Shown here: positions 17,809 through 28,129 of the stretch, in pieces
Layout: every line of letters starts with the position of its first letter
Numbering within the stretch: position 1 is the stretch's first letter
IMG/VR virus record: IMGVR_UViG_3300020044_002336
Coordinates: 1 to 36,828 of that record
Strand: one strand, 5' to 3'
DNA from: a virus
Taxonomy: Duplodnaviria; Caudoviricetes
DNA: 36,828 nucleotides
Position numbers and translations under genes: made by a program
The notes under the pieces: generated by a model
The model's input: the letters and a program-made list of their open reading frames with translations, nothing else
What the model was told of the DNA's origin: nothing
Databases searched by the model: none

Positions 17809-18068
17809 GCTAGAATGTCTTTCCCATATTTATTTACTATAGTGCGACGCAAACTGTCAATGGATGTAAACTTACCATGCAATTCAAACGGAAGTTGACC
17901 GCCACCTTTAAAATAGACATAATACAAACCACTAGGTGTACGCTCTGTTTGTAGCAGTTTTTCACCCTTTTCTACACTCTCTTCAAACTCTTGCCGCTTA
18001 CTTTTAGCTTGTTCTTTTTTCTTCTCGTGCTTTTCTACCACTGCATCAAAAATATTATCGTCTGCCAT
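17805..18068 (-). CDS. Conserved hypothetical protein
   Basis: Overlaps both neighbours; GGQLPFELHGKFTS motif. Confidence 0.75.
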   Translation of the reverse strand: MADDNIFDAVVEKHEKKKEQAKSKRQEFEESVEKGEKLLQTERTPSGLYYVYFKGGGQLPFELHGKFTSIDSLRRTIVNKYGKDILA

Positions 18069-18762
18069 AATTCACCTTTGTATCGTAAGTGCTTTCGCTA
18101 GACTTATTACGCCATGCTTCAGTTTGAAAAATATTCCTACCACGTTGAGCTTTCCTCTCCTCTTTGGGATTTGCTTGTTGACGCAAATTCATGGAAGAGG
18201 TACTTTTAATTTCAGCCAACAATGTTGGAAACATTTTTTCAGGAAGTTGAGGAATAAACATATCATCGTGTGTCCATGATGGCACTGTTACGCCATAACA
18301 CAAATTGTTACTAGTTTGTAGAGTGTTTTCTACAGTTGAGTCATAGCCATCAAATACAAAATAGGTGTCATCAAAAGTGGTGTAATATAACGGGTCACGA
18401 TTGAGAGCAAATCCATCAGCATCAACAACACCTGCTTCTGCTACACGAACATCAAGCATGTCTTGAAACTCTTTAGGATCAAGCCATGTCACATCTTTCT
18501 TATTATATTTAATCCAATAGATTTTACTTACATCATCTTCATTGAGTTCCATGTATGTAGGACGAGTAGTATCTCCCAATCCTTCAAGAGAGAATGTCCC
18601 TTTTAAAAAGGGCCACTCTTTTTGACCAATGAGTTCATAATAACACTCTTTAACAAACAAAGCTATTTGAGTGCTTTCTACAGTGTCATCAATACTATTT
18701 ACATCATCTCCATCAATACTATTGAGAACACTTTGTACCATTTCAAGAATGGACATTTTCAT
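18055..18762 (-). CDS. Tail tubular protein A / head-tail adaptor
   Basis: SILEMVQSVLNSIDGDDVNSIDDTVES N-terminus typical of podoviral adaptors. Confidence 0.8.
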   Translation of the reverse strand: MKMSILEMVQSVLNSIDGDDVNSIDDTVESTQIALFVKECYYELIGQKEWPFLKGTFSLEGLGDTTRPTYMELNEDDVSKIYWIKYNKKDVTWLDPKEFQDMLDVRVAEAGVVDADGFALNRDPLYYTTFDDTYFVFDGYDSTVENTLQTSNNLCYGVTVPSWTHDDMFIPQLPEKMFPTLLAEIKSTSSMNLRQQANPKEERKAQRGRNIFQTEAWRNKSSESTYDTKVNYGRR

Positions 18763-18764
18763 TA

Positions 18765-19412
18765 TTAAGCCCCTGCAAAAATACCGTTTAATTGATATCC
18801 GTAAACACGAATATCGCCACTTACACCAGTGTTATAAGCGTACAATTCAAAATAGTCATTTGTTGCAGCATTAATTACATTAGTTCCAGCAATGTTACTA
18901 ATAGTACCACTGCTAACAGTAGCAATGCTTCGTCCATTAGTAATAACTCCATTTTTAAAAATAGCAATGACAATGTTACGTGAAGTACCAACAGTTTGGT
19001 CTACACTCATAGAATAGGTAAAAGAGATGGGTACAGTGTCTGTACCAGTGTATGTCAATCGTGCATTAGTACCTTCAGTGAAATCACTAGGTACACCACC
19101 AGCAGTGGTGGTTGGAGCAAGTTTAGTGTAACTTGCAGGGTAGGTGAGAGTGTATGGAGAAGAGGTGTTAAAAAAATCTATTTGCCCATGAGGAGCACCA
19201 CTAAATACAAAATTACCAGCACCATCTACAGTGACTACTTGTCCTGCAGCACCATTAGTTGTAAAGCCAGCAAGTTGCGGAGGAGATAGTTTTTGCCATG
19301 TACCGCTTCCACTACCATTAGATACATACACCTTATTAGCAGTGGCTGTGTCTGCTCCTTTAGGTTCATGTAGGTTTGCACCAGTTAGAGATGCATGAGA
19401 TACGTTAGCCAT
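18765..19412 (-). CDS. Putative head fibre/spike protein
   Basis: N-terminal H..L...LHEPKG...VYVSNGSGSGTW; beta-rich C-terminus ending NDYFELY (C1q/BclA-like jelly roll, inference). Confidence 0.55.
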   Translation of the reverse strand: MANVSHASLTGANLHEPKGADTATANKVYVSNGSGSGTWQKLSPPQLAGFTTNGAAGQVVTVDGAGNFVFSGAPHGQIDFFNTSSPYTLTYPASYTKLAPTTTAGGVPSDFTEGTNARLTYTGTDTVPISFTYSMSVDQTVGTSRNIVIAIFKNGVITNGRSIATVSSGTISNIAGTNVINAATNDYFELYAYNTGVSGDIRVYGYQLNGIFAGA

Positions 19413-19425
19413 ATTATCCTCTATA

Positions 19426-19464
19426 GAAAAAAGGGGGCTAAGACCTTTTGAGTCCTGCCCCCTT
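19426..19464 (-). terminator. Rho-independent terminator after the capsid genes
   Basis: On the - strand AAGGGGGC-aggactcaaaaggtctta-GCCCCCTT-TTTT. Confidence 0.85.
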
Positions 19465-19478
19465 CACATCCCTCTATA

Positions 19479-19979
19479 TTAGAGGTAGGTCACAACCATT
19501 GTTGCAGAACCAGCAGTCCAGTCAGTCTGAGCAGAGGCAAGAACAATGTCAGTAGCAGCAGAATAACTCTTCAACTCTGCAGCAACTGTATCAGTCGCAC
19601 CAAAAGCATACACACCATCTGGCAGAATCACTGCACCAGCACTAGCCATTGTCGAGGTGGTAGCGGCTGAAGTGGTAATGAAACCAGCAGCAGTCGTACC
19701 ATCACCAACAGAAATGGTGTTAGTACCAGTAGAAGTGAAACCAACATCAACAACCAAACGCACATCCAACACACGTGTACCAGCAGGTACAGTGATCTTC
19801 AGAGCATCTGCAGCATTGAGGTTTTTCCAGTCAAACTTTTGCATAGCCGATTTAGCACCGCTAATACCACCGTAGTTCTTAGCGGGAGCACCAATGATAG
19901 CAGGGCTGTTCGGGCCAAAGCCCACAACCAAACCATCAGAGTTCGACCATGTTGCAGCGCGTTTACCAATAGTAGCCAT
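19479..19979 (-). CDS. Capsid decoration / minor capsid protein
   Basis: Between MCP and terminator; WSNSDGLVVGFG, beta-sandwich-like. Confidence 0.65.
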   Translation of the reverse strand: MATIGKRAATWSNSDGLVVGFGPNSPAIIGAPAKNYGGISGAKSAMQKFDWKNLNAADALKITVPAGTRVLDVRLVVDVGFTSTGTNTISVGDGTTAAGFITTSAATTSTMASAGAVILPDGVYAFGATDTVAAELKSYSAATDIVLASAQTDWTAGSATMVVTYL

Positions 19980-19991
19980 ATCTTTCTCCTA

Positions 19992-20945
19992 TTAAACAGT
20001 GTTCTTGGAAAGAATGCCAACCACCGATTCCGGACGATAGAGCTTCAAGCCAAAACGAGCATTCATAACATATTCGTCACGACGCAGGTCTTTGTTACGC
20101 TCAAACTCCACGTTCGGCATTTGCCGCCATGCACCTACGAACGGTGTAACATCGCCACCCATACCGAAGAACAGGTTAACAACCGTTGCAGCAGGAGAAG
20201 CCGTACCGCTGATTGTTTCTGCACCTTGAGTCGGCAGGTAGTTGGAGACATACACGTCAAAGCCGTAGATGTTACGGATGAATGACATACCAGTAATATC
20301 GTTCACAAAGCCGGTGTTGATAATACCTTCAAAGCGCGGGTTTTGATCCACTTGAACCAAGTTGGTCAGTGTGTTCAGAACATATTCTTGCGAAGGATCA
20401 ACAACAGCTACACGAGCACCAGTGACGTTAGCTTTGTCCAAAGCATATTTAGCTTTAGCAAAGTCTGCCAGCGCCAGCGTGGTGTTGGTGTTGCCCGAAG
20501 CAACAAAACGGTGCGAAGCACTGTTAATGCTGTTCGGATCAGACAGCGTTTGGCTCTGAATGAGTTGGAAAATCGAGGTTTCCATGTTCTCTTCCAGCGC
20601 ACGACGCATCTTGGGAACAAACGACGCAATCAGTTGATTGGCGTAATAGGCATCTTGCTTGGCCTTGTCGGTGATGTATGTCGCACTCTCAACATAACGA
20701 TCAATGGTGAAGTTGAATTCACCAGTGTCAAGTGCATCATACACGACAGGGCTGTTTTCAGCCGTTTCACGCATCGGAATTTCACCAATCGACGGAATGG
20801 TGAATTGGTTACCATCAGGAAAGCCACTCAGCCAACGAACATAATTCGTGCCCTGCAAACGATCCAGAAGAATCTCTTTAATCTGGTCACTCCACAGTTC
20901 CGAACGAACGAGGTTGGCATTTACGGCATCATAATTCATGCTCAT
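19992..20945 (-). CDS. Major capsid protein
   Basis: 317 aa; LVRSELWS...FPDG...IPSIG...RFGLKLYRPE; lies after the scaffold and before the terminator. Confidence 0.9.
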   Translation of the reverse strand: MSMNYDAVNANLVRSELWSDQIKEILLDRLQGTNYVRWLSGFPDGNQFTIPSIGEIPMRETAENSPVVYDALDTGEFNFTIDRYVESATYITDKAKQDAYYANQLIASFVPKMRRALEENMETSIFQLIQSQTLSDPNSINSASHRFVASGNTNTTLALADFAKAKYALDKANVTGARVAVVDPSQEYVLNTLTNLVQVDQNPRFEGIINTGFVNDITGMSFIRNIYGFDVYVSNYLPTQGAETISGTASPAATVVNLFFGMGGDVTPFVGAWRQMPNVEFERNKDLRRDEYVMNARFGLKLYRPESVVGILSKNTV

Positions 20946-20954
20946 AAAAACTCC

Positions 20955-21728
20955 TTATTTTTTGTAATAGAGGTTAGGATTTGTCCTAACCGCAGTGTCC
21001 ATCTTCAATTGGAAATCTGTACTGTAATAGGATTTAGGGTTTGTACGGCGAATATTATCAAAATACTCTTTAGTGCCAAATTGTTGCACCCTACCACTAG
21101 GGTTGGCAGAAGAGTAGTTGACAGTGGTATTCACTGTTCCACCACTTCCCACTCCAGTGTTCTTAGGAACATCTCCAACGAATAATGAAATAAATTTATC
21201 AGGATCGACAGAAGCTAGTTCAGTGTACACTTTCTGCAGTTCAGGAGTGCTTGCAAACTCTGCAAATTTTTCTCCAGCTTTTTCGCCAAACACTTCTTTC
21301 ATTTTGGCATCTGCTTTCAGCATATTACTGCGCCGTTGTTTCTGTGTCTCCAATCCGGTAACAGTAGCTTCAACCAACTTACTCAGTTCAGATACATCAA
21401 CTCCCTTTGTGGGAGCAGGAGAGGGGTCGCCTTCCTGTGTAGTCTGCTGTTGATTCAACCGTTGCAAAACATCATCGACTGTTTTAGCTGCAGTGGCCTT
21501 CTCTTTCAAATCTCGGTTTTCAGCCTTGAGTTGTTCGATGAAGCCATCGGCATTGATATACCCCTTTGCCAAGTCATCAAGTGTTTTGTACTTCTTACCC
21601 TCACCTACAAGGGCACTGACAATATCAGAGGTCTGAGTTGCAGGAGGTGTAGTTCCTGTCTGCCCGTCAGGAATGGCAGATGTTTGGGGCTGGTCGCCCT
21701 GAAAAATTGTAGCTTGGTCAGCAGTCAT
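20955..21728 (-). CDS. Capsid scaffolding protein
   Basis: LVGEGKKYKTLDDLAKGY, coiled coil; lies between portal and MCP. Confidence 0.8.
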   Translation of the reverse strand: MTADQATIFQGDQPQTSAIPDGQTGTTPPATQTSDIVSALVGEGKKYKTLDDLAKGYINADGFIEQLKAENRDLKEKATAAKTVDDVLQRLNQQQTTQEGDPSPAPTKGVDVSELSKLVEATVTGLETQKQRRSNMLKADAKMKEVFGEKAGEKFAEFASTPELQKVYTELASVDPDKFISLFVGDVPKNTGVGSGGTVNTTVNYSSANPSGRVQQFGTKEYFDNIRRTNPKSYYSTDFQLKMDTAVRTNPNLYYKK

Positions 21729-21779
21729 TAAATTACTCCAGTTATGTATTAGTAGTAAAAAACAAGTAAAATGTCCAAT
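21729..21779 (-). promoter_or_regulatory. Candidate late promoter plus RBS for scaffold/capsid genes
   Basis: One of very few intergenic gaps; - strand TGGACA-17 nt-TACTAAT...GGAG-ATG; imperfect sigma70 match. Confidence 0.35.
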
Positions 21780-22037
21780 TTAAAACGGTGTTTTTGCTCC
21801 TTCAGGTAACATATCAATTACTTCTTGGTAAGCAGCCCTCTTACCTGCTTCAAAAGCTAGTAAAGCATAATGGTTAGGAATTGAAAAATCATCAGTTTTA
21901 GTCTTGAAAGTTGACTCTTTCATCTCCATTAAGGCTGTATGCAGAGGGGTAAGGCCATAACCCATCCCCTCCCACATCTTTTGCCACTCTTCTTTAGAGG
22001 TATTTTTTTGTCGATTTTTACTCAACAACATGTGCAT
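21780..22037 (-). CDS. Hypothetical protein between portal and scaffold
   Basis: In-operon ORF with GGAGG SD; AFEAGKRAAYQEVIDML. Confidence 0.75.
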   Translation of the reverse strand: MHMLLSKNRQKNTSKEEWQKMWEGMGYGLTPLHTALMEMKESTFKTKTDDFSIPNHYALLAFEAGKRAAYQEVIDMLPEGAKTPF

Positions 22038-23804
22038 TTACACACCTCCCATTGGTTCAGGAGTGCCCTCTACAGGTACTTGTTGCTCAACCTGCATATC
22101 CTCTTGTACTTGGTTGATAAGACGTTGAGTGTCTGCTTGTTCAAACACCATAGCATTATCTTTAACAATCTTGTAACTACTCCAACCAAGAGCATCTTCA
22201 AGTGCTTTAGCAACAGCTTTACCACTAAAGTGTGCAGCTACAGTGGGCATAGCCGCCACTGCTTGCATAGTGGTGTTCAATTCTTGAATGAATTTAGCTT
22301 GTTCAGCAAAATGACGAGCACCCATCGGAAACAACACTCCTTTTCCTTTAAGATCGTCTTTGGTCACTTCAATGTAGATTTCCGCACCAAACTCAGGATC
22401 AATGGTGCGAATGCGTTCCAGTGCCCCAAAGTTACGAACACTTTCTTCAAGCATACTATTCAACAGTGGTTCAAGAATGTTCTTCTCAAACCAATACACC
22501 TTGCTTTGGAAAATACGACCAGCAGCATTTTCAAGTTGCTGCACTTCGTATTTGGTTTTCTCTCCCGGTGTGCGAATACCCATAGCCTGTTTAGGAGCAC
22601 CTGCCAACTCTTCCATGCGATTCATCAGTTCATTAATCTGCATGTCAGCTTGCAAGGCAGTGGCATCAGGACGAAGGAATTCAACATCCCCCTCATCGCC
22701 ACAGAAGATGTTAATGCCGGGGGCAAACTCAAACTCTTCCACCGTAATGCCTTTAATCTTGGCTACAGGGTAGGCAATCTGGTCAAACACATCAGCCTTA
22801 AGGTTTTCAAGGTGGTCAATTCGATATTGCATTCCCATCAATTGATCCAACGGGCCTTGTGCCCACAAGTTGTCAGGGCGCAAACGCCAGCCACAATGAA
22901 AGAAGGGCTTATTGCCAAGCCAACTCTTATTAGGCCTGTTCCTAAGAACCCACTTCCTATCAATGATGGTAATGACAACATCTCGATGGTAGGTGCTAGA
23001 TTCCCTATCCCAAACATCGCCCCAATACTCAATGATTTCTACAAGGTCAGACTTGATGTATTCTTCCAAACTACCAAAACCATCCACAATGAGTCCATCA
23101 CGTTTCATCTCTTCAGGATTGTCACGATAGGAAGATCGCATTGCAAGAGCTTTCTTAATCACTTCCTTGTCATATCCAAGAGTAGGTTTTGTTTCCACAT
23201 CATTCATCAAATCCCCCACACTTTTAAGCATGCGACGGATAAATGGAGTGGTTTCAAAAGATGTAGACAACGGATTCATAACTACATCTAAAGGGTTTAC
23301 ACGAAAGGCTTTAGGGCCAGTGTAAAGATTGATAACATCGCCAGTGTCTTGGTCTTTCTTTGTCTCATTAACAAATTCATGGCCTACAAATACATTACCA
23401 TAGTCAATGTAGTCATAAATGAGATTGCTTACCAGCAACTGAAAATTAGAAGCCTTCAACTTATTCTTCATATAGTTGATGATTGCTGTGCGCTTCTTAG
23501 CAATGTCATCTGTTTTTTCTGTACTTTCCCAAATAAACCAATCCTCAGATGGGAATAGTGCAGCCATATAGTTAGCATGCAAATTATCACGTATCTGAGT
23601 GAGCTTTGGAGTGACAGTGGAGTTTTTCCAAGGGAGTTTCTTATTCTCGGTTTTACGAGTGTCTGTTGCAAACAAATACTCTCGTAACTCCTCTTTCTCA
23701 TCTTTCCAATGTACACGTGCAGTGTCCCATCGTACCCAATGGTCTGTAATGTAACCAGCCAGATATTCAGGTTCGTATTCACACATTTGAATGTTGTCTT
23801 GCAT
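22038..23804 (-). CDS. Portal protein
   Basis: 588 aa after TerL; PKLTQIRDNLHANY, GWRLRPDNLWAQGPL, MGIRTPGEKT. Confidence 0.9.
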   Translation of the reverse strand: MQDNIQMCEYEPEYLAGYITDHWVRWDTARVHWKDEKEELREYLFATDTRKTENKKLPWKNSTVTPKLTQIRDNLHANYMAALFPSEDWFIWESTEKTDDIAKKRTAIINYMKNKLKASNFQLLVSNLIYDYIDYGNVFVGHEFVNETKKDQDTGDVINLYTGPKAFRVNPLDVVMNPLSTSFETTPFIRRMLKSVGDLMNDVETKPTLGYDKEVIKKALAMRSSYRDNPEEMKRDGLIVDGFGSLEEYIKSDLVEIIEYWGDVWDRESSTYHRDVVITIIDRKWVLRNRPNKSWLGNKPFFHCGWRLRPDNLWAQGPLDQLMGMQYRIDHLENLKADVFDQIAYPVAKIKGITVEEFEFAPGINIFCGDEGDVEFLRPDATALQADMQINELMNRMEELAGAPKQAMGIRTPGEKTKYEVQQLENAAGRIFQSKVYWFEKNILEPLLNSMLEESVRNFGALERIRTIDPEFGAEIYIEVTKDDLKGKGVLFPMGARHFAEQAKFIQELNTTMQAVAAMPTVAAHFSGKAVAKALEDALGWSSYKIVKDNAMVFEQADTQRLINQVQEDMQVEQQVPVEGTPEPMGGV

Positions 23805-23812
23805 TATCTCTC

Positions 23813-25354
23813 CTAACTAGCTACGCCGCCGAAACGACTTGAATATACCACGTTGTCATTCTTTCTACGCCATGTTTTATGTGAAGCCATTGGTGGTTTT
23901 GCTATTTCCACCACACTTGCTAAAGCATCTTTAACGTCATCATGTTCAGGGTTAGACATTAACAACTCTTCTTCTAACACTTGACAATTACCACCTTTAT
24001 AATGCCACATTAATCTATTAGAATAACGTGGTTCTAATATGGCACTAATACGTTCTTGCTTTTTCATATTACGTGGAGGATGATATTCCTCAATAGTAAA
24101 TAGAATATTTTGAGTTCTCATAAAATCTTTAAACTGAGAAATAATCATTCCTTGTGCTTGTACTACTTCTGCACGTAATTTCCTAAACTTCCATTTCTTA
24201 TAAGATGCAGCAACCTTTTCGTACATCACACTTATTTTATTTGTTTTAAATCTGTCAATGTCCAATACGTAGATGTAATTATCTTCGTCAATTCCAATCA
24301 CCACCACTGCTGTATAATCGCTATTTACATTCATTGTAAATGCAAAATCAATGGAAGCATATACATTTAACATCTTATCGCCAATGTACCAAACACCACT
24401 TACATTCTCAATCTTCTCCCGATCATACCATTGGAAGTTGTCTTTACTCATATATTGAGTTTCAACGGCATTAGGGTTGTTATAATATTGGGCATAAAAC
24501 TGTGTAATGTCCAAATATTTGGCCTTCTTTCTAGCCAATTCCCTCTCATCAAAGCCAAAAGTTTTACCATCTTTACGACGTTGTTTAGGCCATAAAAACT
24601 CACCGTTAGTCTCTACTTGACGTTCAAACACTTCGTACACATGCAACTCAACATCTTCATCCTTCTCTTCCTCAAAGAAGGTTTCAGTCATTTCCATCAA
24701 GTCGCAATATAAATCTTTAGGATGGTAACGTGTACCCACTACCCACTCTTTAGCCCCTGTAGTTTGAATGGAAGAGAGTTGTGAATAGGTTGCCCTAACC
24801 AACTCCCTACCAGTCTCTGTATAGGCATTAGAAGGCACTACAACGTCATCCATCACTGCTACGTTACAATGTAGGCCAGTCATGTTAGCTGTGAGGCCAC
24901 AGGCCTTTACAGTGGCATCTCGCACACCTTCTAGCTTACGTTTAGGATGGTCAACACTTATCTCATCCACTGCCCATCGTTCACGCTTGTTCTCATTCTC
25001 GTACACCATCTCAGCCCAGTAATATCTGTAAATATCACTAGTGAGAATGTCTTTAATACTTTTAAGTTGTTTCTCTGCTAAGTCTGCTGTAGCACTTACA
25101 TAGAGTATTGTAGTCTCAGGGTGCTTAGTGATGTAGTGTGCTACACGATAGGCAATGAGGGCACTTTTTTGGTGATCCCTCGGAAGTAGTACCAGTTGGT
25201 GATCTTTGGCATCTGGTCGTTGCCACCAAGCACATAACTCTTCATGGACAGCACCCAAAATACGGTGCGGAGCAACGAGTTTAATGAATGTGTACAAGTC
25301 ATCTTCAGCAGCCTTTCGTATTAGAGCCTTGTCCGACTCTGTTAATTTAGCCAT
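23813..25354 (-). CDS. terL: Terminase large subunit
   Basis: Walker A LLPRDHQKS, Walker B VAVMDD, VGTRY, nuclease ASIDFA...HDDVKDAL. Confidence 0.95.
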   Translation of the reverse strand: MAKLTESDKALIRKAAEDDLYTFIKLVAPHRILGAVHEELCAWWQRPDAKDHQLVLLPRDHQKSALIAYRVAHYITKHPETTILYVSATADLAEKQLKSIKDILTSDIYRYYWAEMVYENENKRERWAVDEISVDHPKRKLEGVRDATVKACGLTANMTGLHCNVAVMDDVVVPSNAYTETGRELVRATYSQLSSIQTTGAKEWVVGTRYHPKDLYCDLMEMTETFFEEEKDEDVELHVYEVFERQVETNGEFLWPKQRRKDGKTFGFDERELARKKAKYLDITQFYAQYYNNPNAVETQYMSKDNFQWYDREKIENVSGVWYIGDKMLNVYASIDFAFTMNVNSDYTAVVVIGIDEDNYIYVLDIDRFKTNKISVMYEKVAASYKKWKFRKLRAEVVQAQGMIISQFKDFMRTQNILFTIEEYHPPRNMKKQERISAILEPRYSNRLMWHYKGGNCQVLEEELLMSNPEHDDVKDALASVVEIAKPPMASHKTWRRKNDNVVYSSRFGGVAS

Positions 25355-25623
25355 TAAGCCATCCTTGCACTTTTTGTACGTTTAAAACTTCTATTGGCAC
25401 TCTTACTCTGCACTCGCAAATTAGACCGCTTATTACCACCACCTTTAGCAATTGGTGTTTTATGGTCTACATCCTTACCATCATGCTTTTCTACTCTACC
25501 CTCTTTCATCAATTCACGACGAGCAGCATTACGCATAGCACGTGATTGTTTCTCTTTCCTACTAGATTGAGAGGTTTTGTATTCCTCTTTATAATCTCGT
25601 TTATAATTTTTAGACGAGGGCAT
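25354..25623 (-). CDS. Small HNH endonuclease in the packaging module
   Basis: KDVDHKTPIAKGGGNKRSNLRVQSKSANRS. Confidence 0.8.
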   Translation of the reverse strand: MPSSKNYKRDYKEEYKTSQSSRKEKQSRAMRNAARRELMKEGRVEKHDGKDVDHKTPIAKGGGNKRSNLRVQSKSANRSFKRTKSARMA

Positions 25624-26108
25624 TATTTACCTCCACCAATTACAGATAGGCCAAGACGTTCCATATCTTCACTTATACGGTCAGATACATCTTTTTGTTT
25701 TTCTTCTTCGACTTGTTTTGTTTTTCTACCCTTACCATAGAAATGTCCTTCACTAAGATATTTAGCTGCTGCAGTGCCGTTAGGAGTTGTAGATAGTTTT
25801 TCAAGTTTTCTAAATGCTGCACTCTTAAGTTTGATAGACACCTCTTCAGCCCACTCATCCATTATTGGTTTAATCTTTGGATGGTTACGGATGAGGGAGT
25901 AGTGTTCCCAATTCCCAATAAGACACATGGCTGTTTCATATTCTGTGGGGTCTGCAATGTCAACGTATATCTGTTTCCAATCTTTACGTAAACTCCATAG
26001 GGGAGTGTAGTCCCCTCTAGAGAATTCGGAAAACAGAGATAGCACAACTCTTCGTCCATAGGAGTCAACAACCTTATCCTTTATTGTGGAATAGTCAAAC
26101 TGCTTCAC
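25623..26108 (-). CDS. Putative terminase small subunit
   Basis: Upstream of HNH/TerL; DPTEYE.A..L.G.WEH; basic/helical C-terminus; GTG start. Confidence 0.6.
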   Translation of the reverse strand: MKQFDYSTIKDKVVDSYGRRVVLSLFSEFSRGDYTPLWSLRKDWKQIYVDIADPTEYETAMCLIGNWEHYSLIRNHPKIKPIMDEWAEEVSIKLKSAAFRKLEKLSTTPNGTAAAKYLSEGHFYGKGRKTKQVEEEKQKDVSDRISEDMERLGLSVIGGGK

Positions 26109-26251
26109 TTCTTTTTCTTCTTTTTAGTTTTACCTGCAGCACTAAGAGCAATAGCTACAGCTTGTTTATTTGACATTTGCGGATGCTTTTTCATTTCCAT
26201 CCGAATGTTTGCACTGATTGTCTTTTGGCTACTACCCTTTTTTAGTGGCAT
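26105..26251 (-). CDS. 48-aa Lys-rich phage protein (not in ORF track)
   Basis: [48 protein letters not shown]; GTGA overlap with the next gene. Confidence 0.75.
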   Translation of the reverse strand: MPLKKGSSQKTISANIRMEMKKHPQMSNKQAVAIALSAAGKTKKKKKK

Positions 26252-26498
26252 CGTCTACCCTTTCTGTTATCTCTTCTACTTCACGTATCATTCCTCGTGG
26301 AATCTGAAACCTACGACCAACAGTACCATCTTCAATAACACTGCTAGTGAGAATGATTCCTTCAGGCCCGTCATACAGCACCACCCCAATAGTAAACACC
26401 ATACAAGGTGTGTATTCAAAAGTGTCATTGTCGTGTATCACCCAAACATCTGCATCTACATCACAAGCATCTTCCCACTTAACAATGACTAGTTTCAT
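26232..26498 (-). CDS. Conserved hypothetical phage protein (V.W.DA family)
   Basis: LVIVKWEDA...TIGVVL...QIPRGMI. Confidence 0.75.
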   Translation of the reverse strand: MKLVIVKWEDACDVDADVWVIHDNDTFEYTPCMVFTIGVVLYDGPEGIILTSSVIEDGTVGRRFQIPRGMIREVEEITERVDDATKKG

Positions 26499-26932
26499 TA
26501 GTAGTTCCTTGTTCCAAGTTTGTCGATAATTAGTGCTTTGTTCCTAGGAACATCTGTTTCAGTGTTAGGCACACTGATATGCACCCAAGAATCAAACTCT
26601 AAAATGATTTGATCGTATGGAAGTTTGGCAAGGATGCATGTGCTAATAACTTGTTTAGGAGTCATTCCCGGCACACGAATGTCTGCTGCACAACCGATAC
26701 TATGTTGACTAGTATCTTTACTACCCACTGCATCATTTACTTGCTTATTACGAAAACCAGAATTTATCATCACTGGCTTACCACCAAGTGCTTCTTTAAC
26801 TTTTTCAAGGAGGCCAGCCAATCGACGTAGATTTGCCACCTCCTTATCTAATGGAGTGTTATCCCATCCATTACGAACACCAACATCTGAATGTGTCAAC
26901 TCTTCTAAAGTGAAATGTGGGGAGAGATTCAT
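26498..26932 (-). CDS. Endolysin, peptidase M15 family
   Basis: LSPHFTLEE, INSGFR, SQHSIGCAAD, WVHIS Zn ligands. Confidence 0.9.
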   Translation of the reverse strand: MNLSPHFTLEELTHSDVGVRNGWDNTPLDKEVANLRRLAGLLEKVKEALGGKPVMINSGFRNKQVNDAVGSKDTSQHSIGCAADIRVPGMTPKQVISTCILAKLPYDQIILEFDSWVHISVPNTETDVPRNKALIIDKLGTRNY

Positions 26933-27321
26933 TTCTTCATCCCCATAACTTTTTCAAGAGTGCGACCACCAAAATAAAACGACATAATGAGCATACCCCA
27001 TTGTCCTAGGAGTTCTACGTAGTTGTTGTTCACTTCAACATCCCATGCAGACATAAGTCCAAACACTGTGTAAGTGAGTAGGATGAACACCAATGTAAGA
27101 GGGCGAATGTTTTTGGACAACCATGAATCAGAACCCATATCAGCTTTAAGTCTGTCGGTTAGTTCATGCTGTTCAGAAACATCCGCATTAAGTTGTGCAA
27201 GCTCCCCAGTTTGTTGCATCTCAAGGAGTTTAAGTTTAGCAGCCTCTGCTTGTGCAGGGTCTGGAAAAAACTTATCTACTAATTTACTACCAATGTCTAA
27301 TATTGCTGTCAATGGAAACAT
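26929..27321 (-). CDS. Holin (GTA-type 3TM family)
   Basis: DKFFPDP...SWLSKNIRPL + TM segments + FYFGGRTLEK; adjacent to endolysin. Confidence 0.75.
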   Translation of the reverse strand: MFPLTAILDIGSKLVDKFFPDPAQAEAAKLKLLEMQQTGELAQLNADVSEQHELTDRLKADMGSDSWLSKNIRPLTLVFILLTYTVFGLMSAWDVEVNNNYVELLGQWGMLIMSFYFGGRTLEKVMGMKK

Positions 27322-27323
27322 AA

Positions 27324-27857
27324 CTACCTCATGTAATAGATGCTAGTGAATACTAATATCATTCCAATGCCTACCACTGTAAACACTCCCACAATGGTAA
27401 ATAAATCTTCACGTTCTTTCTTTTTACGTTCTGCAATGTCTTTAGCAAGACGAGCTTTGCGAAGTTTCTCTCTAGCCTCTTGATCTTGTTCACCAGCTAT
27501 TCTATTTCTCTCAGCGCAGAGTTCTTCATACAATTCCATCTCACCCTGCATCATAAACATATCTTTTAGCTCTCGTTCAAACTCTCGCATTTGTTTACGA
27601 TGCATAACCAGTGTGAACGCTTGTGAAAGAGCACTCTCATGCACTGCTGCTTCTTTAGGATCAGTGGGCTTTGGCAGAGCTTTAGCAACTTCTGCTTCTT
27701 TAGCAGCTTTCTCTATCTGTCCCTGTGCTTTAAAAAACTTACTTAAATCATCGTAACAATCTTTAATTTGATGGCCTACACCAATAGCCTCTTTGACAAA
27801 AGCTACACTGGTTTTTGCAACAGCAAAAGCTGCACCAATTGTTACGGGATCAATCAT
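27324..27857 (-). CDS. Coiled-coil protein with C-terminal membrane anchor
   Basis: MIDPVTIGAAFAVA..., C-terminal TM LFTIVGVFTVVGIGMILVFTSIYY. Confidence 0.75.
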   Translation of the reverse strand: MIDPVTIGAAFAVAKTSVAFVKEAIGVGHQIKDCYDDLSKFFKAQGQIEKAAKEAEVAKALPKPTDPKEAAVHESALSQAFTLVMHRKQMREFERELKDMFMMQGEMELYEELCAERNRIAGEQDQEAREKLRKARLAKDIAERKKKEREDLFTIVGVFTVVGIGMILVFTSIYYMR

Positions 27858-28129
27858 TTCTTTTTCTTATTCCTATTAGCAAACGCCCTAGCTTCTGCCT
27901 TATTAGAAAACCCCCATGCTTCTAGAGCTTTCTTAAGACGAGTGGGTCTACCCTTCTCATCTTTTAGTGGGCCATCCATACCGGCAAATCTAGCGGCAAA
28001 TGACACTCTACGTGGATTTGTACCAGACTTAACAGGGGCTTTTAAATTACTACCCTCTTTGCGTTTGTAATACTCTCGTCCTGCTTTATTAAGTCCACCA
28101 TTAGGATTTTGATATTTTTTAGCTGGCAT
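27854..28129 (-). CDS. Small basic conserved phage protein (DUF6321-like)
   Basis: NPNGGLNKAGREYY...NLKAPV...RRVSFAARF. Confidence 0.7.
   Translation of the reverse strand: MPAKKYQNPNGGLNKAGREYYKRKEGSNLKAPVKSGTNPRRVSFAARFAGMDGPLKDEKGRPTRLKKALEAWGFSNKAEARAFANRNKKKK

Noticed and set aside
19479-20010. Programmed frameshift extending the major capsid protein
   Set aside because: No slippery heptamer was noticed at the MCP 3' end, and the downstream gene has its own AGGAG SD and ATG.
21939-23291. 450-aa + strand ORF opposite the portal (also 20343-21185, 19839-20285, 2149-2775)
   Set aside because: All are in exact antisense codon register to real genes and are explained by scarcity of TTA/CTA/TCA codons. 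The translations show no recognisable motifs.
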